A stretch of DNA of 64,000 bases. Source: Octopus vulgaris. Taxonomy: Eukaryota. This document shows, in pieces, positions 39,462-52,685 of this stretch. The notes under the pieces were generated by a model that had not been told where the DNA came from, ran no database searches, and saw nothing but the letters and a program-made list of their open reading frames with translations. The translations under genes were made by a program, and so were the position numbers. The DNA lies in contig OX597822.1 of the NCBI GenBank assembly GCA_951406725.2, forward strand, positions 95,232,001-95,296,000, in the 5' to 3' direction. Every line of letters starts with the position of its first letter. Within the stretch, counting starts at the first letter, position 1.

Positions 39462-39761
39462 AGAAGGGAAGAGATGAAAGAGGAGGGAGAGGGAGAGGGA
39501 GAGAGAGAGAGAGGAGAGAAAGAAGGGAAGAGATGAAAGAGGAGGGAGAGGGAGAAGAGAGCAGGAAGTATATATATATATATAAATACACACACACATA
39601 TATATATACATAGAGGGAGAGGGAGAGGGAGAGAGAGAGAGAGAGAGGAGAGAAAGAAGGGAAGAGATGAAAGAGGAGGGAGAGGGAGAAGAGAGCAGGA
39701 AGTATATATATATATATAAATACACACACACACACACATATATATACATTGAGGGAGAGAA

Positions 39762-39790
<29 letters not shown>
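39413..39790. repeat. GA-rich compound repeat with internal tandem duplications
   Basis: GGAGAGAAAGAAGGGAAGAGATGAAAGAGGAGGG occurs three times. Confidence 0.85.
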
Positions 39791-39794
<4 letters not shown>

Positions 39795-40243
39795 AGAGGG
39801 AAAGCAGAATCTGGAGAGAAACAGATAAAGCCAGGCCAATAATAAAAAGACACAAATAAGAAAAGGGAAAAGGTGCTTGAAGAGGGAGGGAGGGAGGGGA
39901 CAGATTTTGAAAGGGTTATAAAATGGTATGAAAGACGATACAACAGAAATACATGCACACACACACATACACACACACACACATATATACGTATATGTTA
40001 ACTAGAGACGCATTATATACATACATACGTACGTACGTACACCCACACATAAAAACACACAGACACACATATATGCAGTGTGTGTGTGTGTGTGTGAGAG
40101 AGAGGGGGAGAAATAGATAGAGAGAAATAAGAAAAATTGTGAAGGACAGAATTACATTAATAGATACAGAGAAATCAATCAATTAATCAATATATGCTTG
40201 TGTGTGCGCGTGCATGTGTCTGTATATATATACATACATACAT

Positions 40244-40296
<53 letters not shown>

Positions 40297-41499
40297 CTAA
40301 GTGATATGATATATATGTAAAAAATGTAATATATAAATAAATATCTGTAAATAAAAACCATCCGATCTTCTGATTACCTCATTTCTTCTAATGTATATAT
40401 ATATATATATATACACATACATAGATATAGTGAGAAATCAAGAAGGATAGAGAACTAGATGGATAGAGAGTGATATGGAAGAGAGGAAGGAGCAAGAGGA
40501 AGAGAACTATGGAGAGAAAATGAAGAAGAATAAGGAATATGCCATATTTTCCTAAATTGATGTAGCTCAATTTAAGATATTTGAATTCTAAGTGTTGTCA
40601 TTATTCGATAGCATTTTCATCTGCTTTTGTTGTTGTCGACGTCTATAAAATTATATAATTTTATTGTTATTTATGGTGTCATTATTATTTTTTTATTGTT
40701 GTATATGATATATAGTTGTTTGTGTCATCATTATGTGTCATCATTATGTGCTGTCGTCATCGCTGTAGTTGTTACTATTGCTAGTCTTGTCTCTTTTTAT
40801 TGATGTTGTCGTTATTTGCTTTTCGTCATCCTCAACTTCGTCTTTTCCCGCAGTTGATGTTAGTATTGTTGTTTCATTATTGTTTCTGATGTTGGGTGTC
40901 GCTTGGAGGAGTCGTCGTCGTCGTCGTCGTTGTTTTCGTTGTTATTGTAGTTGTTGTTGTTGCTGTTGTCGTCGTTTCTGCTGTACTTGTTGAAATTAAT
41001 TCAAAAAAGCGAAAAAAAAAAAAAAAAATTTTTTTTTGAATGTCTTCGAATGATTGTCTTCCAGTATTTCTGATGCAATGAATTAAATTTTATTTCTTAT
41101 GCAGCACACAGACCCTGCTGAATTTAATGTAGATCTTTGGTAATTTAACTACATTAAACCGGCAACATTACATTCTGTCGAACTTCCTAATATAGTTTGA
41201 TTTAAGAAGAATAGCAATGTCAGTGATATAGTTACAAATTCATGGCATCTACGTAAAGGAAAAACCACGATGCATAAGTTGAAGATGCTACTGCTAATTG
41301 TTGCCTTGAAGGTGAAATTTGTTAGAAGGTAGTAATTACGTAGAAGTTCAGCCGGATTCTATTTTTGGGTAGTAGGTATAATCCGTTGATTGGTTTAGCA
41401 CCCGATTTATGGGTAACTTTAGTGAAGCCCACACTGTTTTAAGCGTTTGGGCGAAGACTCGGATTTGAGGGTAGCTTCCTCCCTCCATCTCTCCAATCA

Positions 41500-41640
41500 T
41501 TCTCAGAGACACTGAAAATAGCGACGGGTATTACCATTTGTTTTGTGAATAGCTCATGGAAATGATCAGGCAATAGGGTAGATCTTTCTTCGTTAGCTGT
41601 CAGATATTTGCCTGACTTCCAGCGTAACATGTACCTGATC
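41500..41640 (-). pseudogene. Possible LINE ORF2 linker fragment
   Basis: KSGKYLTANEERSTLLPDHFHELF resembles G..LT...E.....HF..LF of LINE ORF2. Confidence 0.35.
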
Positions 41641-43223
41641 GATAAGAGCTGACTTAACGACAACATTAATAACATTAGGATTGGTTGTGATAACGAAGCA
41701 GCCTCTTCGTGGTTGCTCAATCTTCTGGTAACAATTGCCAAATCTCCCTTAAATCACAGTCTATTGTCTTAAAAAATGGAATGGTCATATTAGATAACTC
41801 CTAAAATACGACATGGTCATAGCAGCAACATCTTTGAACTATAGGCCTATCCGAGGAGTGTTGTCCTACGGTTAGACAAGAGCAGCCGCAATAATATCAA
41901 GAGAAGCCATATTAAGACAAAGATCACTGGTTCATTTCTTGTATGATAGAATAAGTAAAACGCACATTTCTAAGATGATATTTTTGTAAGGTAAATTGTA
42001 AAGTAAAAACAAGGATTTTCTCAGAACATGGAGACTATATTAAACGTGAGAGGAAATGCTAACCGCTTAAGACACAGTTCGTGTATTGTAATGCCTGCCA
42101 TTGTACCGGGTCTTTATAGAAACCGAAATACCAATGACAAAAATCTTCCTGACATACATACTCGCCGAGAGCTGACATTTTAAAAACAGGAGTATACTCG
42201 AGTTGAGAGAAATGTGTAGTGGTAAAAACCAGCGCTGCATGCTGAAGTCTCATCAGAGTAATACTAGTTTACTTATTTTTCGTACTTGAAAATTCCAGTT
42301 GTATGCTATAACTTGGAGAGTGTTGTCTTTTGCCAAGCCGACTTAACTGTTAGCACATTTATAAAAGCCAAACAATTATATACGGTTAAAGAAATGTTAA
42401 CTTTATGCCAAAAATGTTTTTCACATGTCTCTTTTTCTCTTTTTGTGTATGTATGTTACTCTTTAGAGCCTGCGCTCAGTTCTGATCTAATATATCTTTG
42501 ATCAAAATCGTTAGAGTCGTGACCATCACGTTGTTTATTTCAGATATTATGTACTTTAATATCCGGTGTACATGTCGAATATTTATGATAAAAAAACGGT
42601 AGATTGACTTTTGCTCCAAAATGATTTTGGAGGACTAAAAGTTCTATGTGAATTGCAGCTGGATTTGGAAAGTTAGTAACAGTATTTGAATATTTAGCAG
42701 CATTTCGTCCGTCTTTACGCTCTGAGTTCAAAATCCGTCGAGGTCGATTTTGCCTTAGTTGGGTACTGTGGTCGATGTAATCGAATTTGTTGGTCTTGTA
42801 CCAAAATTAGAAACTAGTATATATACTTAATGCCTACACTATTAACTATGTTGACTTGTGTGCCGAGAATACAGTACCTAATTCTACCAATAATCACTGT
42901 ACTAGATCAGCAGTCGCTGCAGTGTGGAATAGAATGTCACGTGGTATTTATTCTGACAGTTAGCGTTCTGACTCCTAATCCTGTTGAGATCAGCTTTGCT
43001 GTTCTTCCTTTCAGAATCTATAAATCCAAAGCGGCGGATTAGTGGTTAACTATAAGAGCATAGGGCCTGATGCCTTGTCATATTTGATCTGGTTCTCTGT
43101 GCTCTGAGCTCAAATCCCGCTGTGGCCTAATTGAGTACTAGACGTAGGCCTTTTGCTGCAGAAATCAGATATATCCACTGAAAATTTTGTTACCCTTAAC
43201 TGTGGAAAACAGTTTATATATCA

Positions 43224-43454
43224 AGGCGGCGAGCTGGCAGAAACGTTAGCACGCTGGGCGAAATGCGTAGCCGTATTTCGTCTGTCGTTACGTTGTGAGT
43301 TCAAATTCCGCCGAGGTCGACTTTGCCTTTCATCCTTTCGGGGTCGATAAATAAAGTACCTGTTGCGCACTGGGGTCGATGTAATCGACTTAATCCCTTT
43401 GTCTGTCCTTGTTTGTCCCCTCTATGTTTAGCCCCTTGTGGGCAATAAAGAAAT
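43224..43454 (+). mobile_element. SINE family B
   Basis: Young full monomer. Confidence 0.9.
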
Positions 43455-43996
43455 ATATATATCAATCTGTCTTGTCGAGGAATATCATGTTTGAATCAAT
43501 CTTAAGTTGAAATATGCCAAGTTTATTAAGGCAACGTGACTTGCAGAAAATCCCAATTCTATGTTTTGGTAGATATTTATCGTCATTACAGGAATAACCA
43601 TGAAATTAAATTTCGCAGTTAAAAGGTTAATACATCATTCGGTTTAACACCAGTACTTGGTACGTTGAGTGATTATTTTTGCGCGAGCAGTTGTGTCAGG
43701 TCTCTGGTTTGAGGATGTCCTATTCTGCTGTGTTATTTGTTTCGCCGAGATGGATAGTCTCTTGTCATTGATATTTTCATAAATGTAGTGAATTTCTGAG
43801 CGATCAGAAATGTTTAGTAATACAGAAAAAAAAACATGAAATAGCAACAAAAATAAAACAATACAAAATAAAACAAAACAAAAGCAAAGAAATAAGCAAA
43901 AACAAAGAAAAAAAATTATTGGTCAACCCGGGAGTAAAGAGAGGAAACACCCACTGAAATTAAGTTTGAACCGGAAATCACTAGATAGTTGCTAGA

Positions 43997-44377
43997 TGGC
44001 ACTCCGCCGGTTACGACGACGAGTGTCCCAGTTGATCCGATCAACGGAACAGCCTGCTCGTGAAATTAACGTGTAAGTGGCTGAGCACTCCACAGACACG
44101 TGTACCCTTAACATAGTTCTCGGGGAGATTCAGCGTGACACAGACTGTGACAAGGCTAGCCCTTTGAAATACAGGTATAACAGAAACAGGAAGAAAGAGG
44201 GAGAGAAAGTTGTGGTGAAAGAGTGCAACAGGGTTCACCACCACCCCCTGCCGGAGCCTCGTGGAGCTTTAGGTGTTTTCGCTCAATAAACATTCAGAAC
44301 GCCCGGTCTGGGAATCGAAACCGCGATCCTATGACCGCGAGTCCGCTGCCCTAACCACTGAGCCATTGCGCCTCCAC
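43997..44377 (-). mobile_element. SINE family C
   Basis: Reverse complement of 9651-10037, with AGTTGCTA on both flanks. Confidence 0.9.
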
Positions 44378-44389
44378 AGTTGCTAAGGC

Positions 44390-44731
44390 ATAGGGTAAAG
44401 ACTCCCTTCGCTCATGAATGACCATAAGATTGCATCTAGAAAGTTCCCTTCCGAGGCACCTGTCCAAGCAAGGTTGTTTTAAGGAAGACCAGCTGTTACT
44501 CATGCATACCAGTCTCCCCTTTCCACATCACTGGTGTTATCCAAGGGAAAGGTAAAGGCCGACACAGCTTGGTACCAACGAAGTCGTAGCTCATTTCTAC
44601 AGATGAGTGAACTGGAACAATGTAAAATAAAGTGTCTTGCTGAAGAACACAACGCACAGCCCGTTTGGGGAATCGAACTCATTACCTCATAAATGTGAGC
44701 CCGACGCTCTAACCACTGAGCCATGCGCCTT
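44390..44731 (-). mobile_element. SINE family D
   Basis: Minus head GGCGCATGGCTCAGTGGTTAGAGCG...GAGTTCGATTCCC, then TTCAGCAAGACACTTT. Confidence 0.8.
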
Positions 44732-44949
44732 CACATTGCTTAGACATACGTCTACAGATTTACTTTATAGAAGACAAGATGTTGTGGTGTTTACACCTCT
44801 CCGAAAAAAGATTATGGATGTAAACTCAGTGAAATATATCACCTTTAGCTGCTGCTTAAAACCGGTTAGCCGAAAGCCTTCCTTTTATGCATTATTTTAT
44901 GTTAAAAAAAAGAAGATACAAATATGATGTCGAATTGAGAGAAAAGTAA

Positions 44950-45145
44950 AGCGGAGAGCTGGCATACCCGTTAGCGCTCCAGGCAAACTGTTTAGTGACA
45001 TTCTGCCTGTCTCCACGTTCTGAGTTCAAATTCCGCCGAGGTCGACTTTGCTTTTCATTCTTTTAGGGGTCGATATACCAGCTAAACAATGGAGTCGATG
45101 TAATTGATCTGCCCCTTCCCCCCCAAATTTCTGACCTTGTTCCAA
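44950..45145 (+). mobile_element. SINE family B (older)
   Basis: Core motif present. Confidence 0.8.
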
Positions 45146-45148
45146 TAA

Positions 45149-45543
45149 TCTTTATATATAAAAGTAAAGTTGTGTGTCTGTCTCTTACGATTTATATTCC
45201 TAACTACTCCCACATTTTGCGGTGCAGTTTAACCAAAACTGGGTATCTTATAGTCGTGATTCATATCGAGACCTTCTGGGTATTAGCGCGCGTCTACGAT
45301 AAGTCTACGATTTAAAAAATAATTTACCATCATTTTTTTCCATTTTAATGCATTTTTTCGCTATTATATAAGGGAAGTAACTCTCTAAAAATGTCTACGA
45401 TGAGTCAACGATTCAAAAAAAATTTACCATCATTTTTTTTCCATTTTTAATGCATTTTTTTGCTATTTTTTGGCTATAACTCTCTAAAAATACTTTATAG
45501 TTATTTCCCTTACAAACCGAGCAACGCCAGGCGATACTGCTAG
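45149..45543 (+). mobile_element. Non-autonomous Helitron
   Basis: A|TCTTTATATATAAAAG start, GAGCAACGCCAGGCGATACTGCTAG|T end, internal ~100-bp duplication. Confidence 0.88.
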
Positions 45544-45996
45544 TTTTAAATAAATCTAGAGAGAAGGACAGCAATTTTGAGGCGAAGTTGTCAGCCGGAT
45601 TATATCGACGACAGTACTTGACTGGTACACATTTCATCGCTCCCGATGAGATGAAAGGCAAAGTCGCCCTCACAGTCTTCTGAAGAAACAGATACAAATA
45701 TACATACATCCATATTCATTCCCATTCAAAAACGTATGTTCGGTTGCTTTCTCTCTCCCTCTCTCCACCTCCCTGTCCCCCTTCTTCTCTTTTTCTCCTT
45801 ATTTCCCCCATTTGCATTCATACATACATACATACATACATATATACATACATACATACATACATACATACATACATACAGCCAGACAGATATACATACA
45901 CATACATACATACATACATACATACATACATACATACATACATACAGCCAGACAGATATACATACACATACATACATACATACATACATACATACA

Positions 45997-46029
<33 letters not shown>

Positions 46030-46232
46030 CACTGCTTTGTTTTGTTGGTTCTGTCACGCCATAGGGATTCTAAGGGGACATCCTCAGTTGCTACCCCTCT
46101 TCTCTGGACTACTATCTGTAGATATGACGAAAGGGTATATCCGACACATCATACCCTTACTCTTAACTTCCATTCGTCTTTTGCGTTGGATTAGCTTTCA
46201 TAACCATACATACACACACACAGATATATATA

Positions 46233-46600
46233 TTCTTTTGTTCTTTTACTCTTTTACTTGTTTCAGTCATTTGATTGCGGCCATGCTGAAGCACCGCTTT
46301 TAGTCGAACAAATCGACCCCAGGACTTATTCTTTGTAAGCCTAGTACTTATTCTAACGGTGACTTTTGCCGAAACGCTAAGTTACAGGGACGTAAATGCA
46401 CCAATATCGGTTGTCAAGCATGGTATTAGGGGAGAAGCACAGACACACAAATACATGCACACACACACATAGGACGGGCTTCTTTCAGTTTCCGTCTATC
46501 AAATCCACTCACAAGGCTATGGTCGGCTCGAGACTAAAAGTAGAAGACACCTGCTCGAGGTGTCACGCAGTCGGACTGAACCCTGAACCACTCCTGCACC
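46233..46600 (-). mobile_element. SINE family A (diverged)
   Basis: Similarity to the other A copies. Confidence 0.85.
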
Positions 46601-46619
46601 TATATATATATGTATATCC

Positions 46620-46650
<31 letters not shown>

Positions 46651-46793
46651 TGTATGTATGTATGTATGTATGTATGTATGTATGTATGTATGTATGTATG
46701 TATATATATATATATATATAATATACATATATAATATATATATAATATATATATATATATTTATATATATATTTATAAATATTATATATATGT

Positions 46794-46832
<39 letters not shown>

Positions 46833-47485
46833 CCACTCACACACACACACACACACATATATATACATAAATATATATGTATGTATGTATGTGTGTTTGT
46901 GCGCACACGCACATTTGCATATATATATGTGTACACAAAAGATCGTTTACACCAAATGATAAAATGAAATTGACAACCTTTATCTTAATTTAGAAGCCTC
47001 CACTTGAACGGAGAATGTCAATTACTTGCTGTCACAATTGTAGTTATGGAGATTCACTTAAAATATATGACAATAGGCAGAGAGTTAAATAGCTAGACAG
47101 ATGTAAATAAATAGTTTGATAGGCAGAGAGAAAAATAGTGTCTGAGAGATCGATTAAGATAGAGCTAGAGAGAAATATGGAAGCACTCCGTCGGTTCCGA
47201 CGACGTGGGAAGAGAAATATAGTTCAATACACAATACATAATAGAAATTATAATTAGGTAATAGAGAAGGGTCACCTTGCCAAATGACCTCATACCCATA
47301 CGTTTGTAAGAATGTTCTCCATCTTCTCGTTCTGTGTTACTTAATTATGCTAAATTCTGCCATCCGTTTACCTCCAGCCTTTTTCTCTGAATATGAGACA
47401 ATGGCAATGTCCTCTACTTTCCACTGAAACGCACGTCAGAGTTCTATAATTGTTCCATACTCAAATATGGCTGCCATTTTTGATG

Positions 47486-47550
<65 letters not shown>

Positions 47551-47618
47551 CACTACTACCACCACCACCACCACCACCACCACCACCACCACCACCACCA
47601 CCACCACTACCACTACCA
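47486..47618. repeat. (CTA)n(CCA)n compound trinucleotide repeat
   Basis: Direct inspection. Confidence 0.95.
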
Positions 47619-47706
47619 GCACACAAACGCGTACATAGCGATGTATGTTCATATAACGATTACAATGGTCATATGACCTCATATATACGTATGTGTATGT
47701 GTATGC

Positions 47707-47742
<36 letters not shown>

Positions 47743-47779
47743 CTCTCTCTCTCTATATATATATATCTGTATCTATCAG

Positions 47780-47856
<77 letters not shown>

Positions 47857-48929
47857 ATCTATATATATAATATGTATATACGCATATATATATTTATAAT
47901 ATATACATGTGTTTATATATATCTATATATTTTTGTATACATTGTCATTGTCTCATATACATACACAGACGCACATATGTAATTGTCTGTAGGTGAAATA
48001 TATACACACGCTCTTACATATCTATTAGACCCATATCATACGGATATATACATAATTGTATGCATACATGCATATATGCATTCACCTCACTCACTCCTCA
48101 GACAAACACGTATGTATATACATATGTATATAATGCTTTGCATGTTTTGAAGAGTGCGTAGAATTTGATATTTCCGATAATTTGAACCAATTATGAAGGT
48201 TGAGAAATGTAGCTTGCTTCACTATCTTCACGTTGTCACCTAATCTTTTATCGTATTGTACTTTATTATTGAAAACGTAGCAAATTGAAAGAATTAAGCT
48301 GATTCAATATCTCTTCAAACAGCTGCCTGCGCAAGAGCAATTAAGCCGCAAGCATTCAATAAAACACCAAAGAAAATACAACAGCAAAAAAAAAAAAAAA
48401 GACACAAACGAAGGAGGTTTAAGAAAGAATTATATGCAACAGGAATCAACAATAATGTAGTTAAGTCGAAACGAAATCTTGAAAAGAAAAGTTTTCAAAA
48501 AACAACCAATATCAAATACAGTCTCAAAGAAAAACGCAATTCGATTATGTACAAATACAGTGCATATATACACACACATATGTGTGTATAACTGCATGCT
48601 GCACATATATAAATACATACATATACTTACAAGCATTTATTTGTTTGTGCATATACATATATGTATATATTTTTATGTATGTATGTAATAATATAATATA
48701 TAGATATATGCATATATACATATATGTACATATATGTTTGTATACATGCATATATGTACATATATGTATGTATATTTGCATATATGTAAATATATGAATG
48801 TATATATGCATATATTTTTATATTATTTATATTACTATTTGATCGACGCTACACATCCTTTCCCAAGTATGTATGTATGTATGCCTGTCTGTCTATTTAT
48901 ATACATATACATACATACATATAAATATT

Positions 48930-49237
48930 TATCACGTGATCACGTGACCGACCAGGCTATCAGATGTTGCTATACATCACTGGTCACAATGCGTTTCGCA
49001 TTGTTTTAGCCTTCAAATGACGCCACCGCGCTGGCTAAGCGAACAGGCCAACAGAAGAAAGAGCGAGAGAAAGTTGCAGCGAAAGAGTACAGCAGGGATC
49101 GCCACCACCCCCTGCTGGAGCCTTGTGGAGCTTTAGGTGTTTTCGATCAATAAACACTCACAACGCCCGGTCTGGGAATCAAAACCACGATCCTACGACC
49201 GCGAGTCCACTAACCTAACCACTGGGCAATTGCGCCT

Positions 49238-49239
<2 letters not shown>
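48930..49239 (-). mobile_element. SINE family C head with alternative 3' tail
   Basis: The head and first ~180 bp match family C. The tail differs and ends TCACGTGATCACGTGA. Confidence 0.8.
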
Positions 49240-49280
<41 letters not shown>

Positions 49281-49404
49281 CCCCATTCACTTTTCGTGGA
49301 ACATTCATGGTTATAGAATCCTCGGGCGGCTCCTCCGTAGGGTCCAAACTGAAGGAGCCGTCACGTAGACGTATGTATGTGTGTATGTATATATAAATAA
49401 ATAA

Positions 49405-49775
49405 GCGTGGCTGTGTGGTAAGAAGATAGCTTTCCAGCCACATCGTTCGGGTGCAGTCCCACTGCGTGACACCTTGGGCAAGTGTCTTCTACTATAGCCT
49501 GGGGACAACAAAAGCCTTGTGAGTAGATTTAGTAGACGGAAACTGGAAAAAAGCACGTCGGATATACATTTGTATATATATATATGTGTGTCTTTGTGTT
49601 TGTGCTTTCCCCCACCAGAGCTTGATAATTGGTGTTAGTGTGTTTAAGTCCCCATAACTTAGTGGTTCGGCAAAAGAGAGCGATACGTACTAGGCTTTAA
49701 AAAATTAATAAGCCTTCAAGGCGGTGCCCCTAGGATGGCCGCAGTCAAATGACTAAAACAAATAAAAGATAAAAG
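49405..49775 (+). mobile_element. SINE family A (diverged)
   Basis: Similarity to the other A copies. Confidence 0.8.
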
Positions 49776-49861
49776 ACACACACACACAAGCATACAAACA
49801 TACATACATACATACATACATACATACATACATACATACATACATACATACATACATACAT

Positions 49862-50126
49862 AAATCTCGAGTGCACTCAAGTATCCACCACCGGCAGGTG
49901 CATACCTTTTCGGTGAGCCCCAGTTCCCCAGTTGTCGTACAGAAATCGTGTATATATATACACTTTTTTCTCTCCTTGTTTTTTTCTGTGTATCTTTCTG
50001 TCGAAGAGCGTAGACTCGAAACGTAAAAGACTTTTTCTATTTCTATTCCTAAGCGCTATACTAATACATTTGTTTGTTTGTACTCCACCTACCTTCGTCT
50101 TTTGTTCATTTTCGTAAACTTTCCAG

Positions 50127-50172
<46 letters not shown>

Positions 50173-50436
50173 CTGGAAAGTTTACGAAAATGAACAAAAG
50201 ACGAAGGTAGGTGGATTACAAACAAACAAATGTATTAGTATAGCGCTTAGGAATAGAAATAGAAAAGTCTTTTACGTTTCGAGTCTACGCTCTTCGACAG
50301 AAAGACACACAGAAAAAAACAAGGAGAGAAAAAAGTGTATATACATACACGATTTCTGTACGACAACTGGGGAACTGGGGTTAACCGAAAAGGTATGCAC
50401 CTGCCGGTGGTGGATACTTGAGTGCACTCGAGATTT
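49862..50436. repeat. Near-perfect palindrome centred on (AT)n: two tail-to-tail pLTR-like copies, each with a hammerhead motif
   Basis: AAATCTCGAGTGCACTCAAG pairs with CTTGAGTGCACTCGAGATTT. Motifs at 49993-50030 (+) and 50268-50305 (-). Confidence 0.95.
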
Positions 50437-51345
50437 GTATATTAGCTGTGTATAAGGTTTAGCAAGATAATAGGCAGTCGCTAACGCTAGTGGTAACCAT
50501 ACTAATTTACGAAAATTCTTAAGTTCAATAACGAACTTGTGACAAATTGTGTTTGACCACCTTTAGTCAACTTAGTCCTGGTTTATGGCAGCAACTGCAC
50601 AAATAGCTGTAGCTGGTGGAAAAAGTCGAAGCATCTGGCCAACAGTCGCTACAGAACAGTAGGGGTATGTCAGTTATCTTGATTTTAGTCTCTGTTCTGG
50701 CATATTTCCACATGGACTGGCAGTGACTTTCGACAATTTGAATGGTCGGCAGCTCTCTGCAGTTGATGCTACTTCCATCGGCTCAGATTCGCCTGTGTCA
50801 TGTAAGTATCATAACACTCAATTACGTTATTGGGTTTTGAAAAGCGTACTCAATTCCCTGAACCACGAGGATGGCACCTACTAACTTCAATTTCTCAAAT
50901 ACATGTTCATGAACGGGGGGGAGGGCAGAGAATCTAAGGGTTACAGGTGCAATTAACACTGAAAGTTTCCATGATCATTCCCGCGTCCTTCGTGAAGAAA
51001 AAAAAATGATATTCATCGTTTCAATAAAGTGAAACAGCTTTAGGAACTTCGACTGGTTTTTCATGACCGAGTGAAACTTATTTAGTGTCACACGATTCAA
51101 GGCTTTAAAAATGTCTGTCTCAACACGAACTGGGTCAGATAACCACATCTAGCGAGTTCATCCCGAATGTAGTGGTGATAATTAAAGAAAATATACTCGG
51201 ACTGAATTGCTTCTACGGACTTGAGGTATGAGAACACCAATGGATAGAAAGAAAACCGACTGCGACAGACTGGAAAACAGAAAAGCCCTTGCAGGTTAAG
51301 AACGCCAAAGGCACACATTAAGCATTGCGGTATTAAGTGTCAGGA

Positions 51346-51578
51346 AGGCGGCGAGCTAGCAGAATCGTTAGCACGTCGGGCGAAATGCTTAGCGGTATTT
51401 CGTCTGCCGTTACGTTGTGAGTTCAAATTCCGCCGAGGTCGACTTTGCCTTTCATCCTTTCGGGGTCGATAAATTAAGTACCAGTTAAGCACTGGGGTCG
51501 ATATAATCGACTTAATACCTATGTCTGTCCATGTTTGTCCCCTCTATGTTCAGCCCCTTGTGGGTAATAAAGAAATAG
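51346..51578 (+). mobile_element. SINE family B with TSD
   Basis: GTATTAAGTGTCAG at 51330-51343 and 51579-51592. Confidence 0.92.
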
Positions 51579-52055
51579 GTATTAAGTGTCAGACGTATCC
51601 TTGAAGAAAGACAAAGGACAAAAATAGGAACCAGCTTCACATTCTTTTACAAGGGAAAGCCAAGTGAAAATTAAAGGCTGCAGGGGTTAGAGTTGGCACC
51701 AGGACTTCCAACGTGAAGCAATTTAAGATTGTATTCCACGCTATGAATGAATGAACGAATGAATTATCTCTGTAGGACGTGTACGTGCATGGAGACATCA
51801 TATCACCAACATCGGTGTATATACACCAATGAAGATACAGAAGGTCCGTTTTCCGAATCTCTGAATCAACTTCCTCATTTGACCCTTACGCATGACAAGC
51901 TGTAAATAACGTGTCACTTAAAAGCAAGAGTTAGAAGTATGTATAATCGTCATATTCGGAGGAATGTATTGGGAAAAAGAGTCGGAAATATCAACGCAAA
52001 TCGTCATACGAGTCTTTGTTCTCTGCAAAACCTTGTCATCATTAACTTACTGCTT

Positions 52056-52685
52056 AGAGTTAAAAAGAAATCAAAACATCTTGACTTCTCAGAGTTAAAG
52101 AGAAATCAAAAGATCTTGGATTCTCAGAGTTAAAGAGAAATCAAAAGATCTTGGCTTCTCAGAGTTAAAAAGAAATCAAAACATCTTGACTTCTCAGAGT
52201 TAAAGAGAAATCAAAAGATCTTGGATTCTCAGAGTTAAAGAGAAATCAAAAGATCTTGGCTTCTCAGAGTTAAAAAGAAATCAAAACATCTTGACTTCTC
52301 AGAGTTAAAGAGAAATCAAAAGATCTTGGATTCTCAGAGTTAAAGAGAAATCAAAAGATCTTGGCTTCTCAGAGTTAAAAAGAAATCAAAACATCTTGAC
52401 TTCTCAGAGTTAAAGAGAAATCAAAAGATCTTGGATTCTCAGAGTTAAAGAGAAATCAAAAGATCTTGGCTTCTCAGAGTTAAAAAGAAATCAAAACATC
52501 TTGACTTCTCAGAGTTAAAGAGAAATCAAAAGATCTTGGATTCTCAGAGTTAAAGAGAAATCAAAAGATCTTGGCTTCTCAGAGTTAAAAAGAAATCAAA
52601 ACATCTTGATTCTCAGAGTTAAAGAGAAATCAAAAGATCTTGGATTCTCAGAGTTAAAGAGAAATCAAAAGATCTTGGCTTCTCA
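52056..52685. repeat. 35-bp tandem repeat, 18 monomers in six 105-bp higher-order units
   Basis: Monomer variants ..ACATCTTGAC.., ..AGATCTTGGA.. and ..AGATCTTGGC.. cycle in order. Units start at 52060, 52165, 52270, 52375, 52480 and 52585. Confidence 0.97.

Noticed and set aside
42225-42265. Minus-strand CTGATGAG followed by a hairpin
   Set aside because: No GAAA or stem III follows.
52056-52685. 35-bp repeats as a CRISPR array or coding repeat
   Set aside because: There are no unique spacers, the units are head-to-tail, and stops recur.
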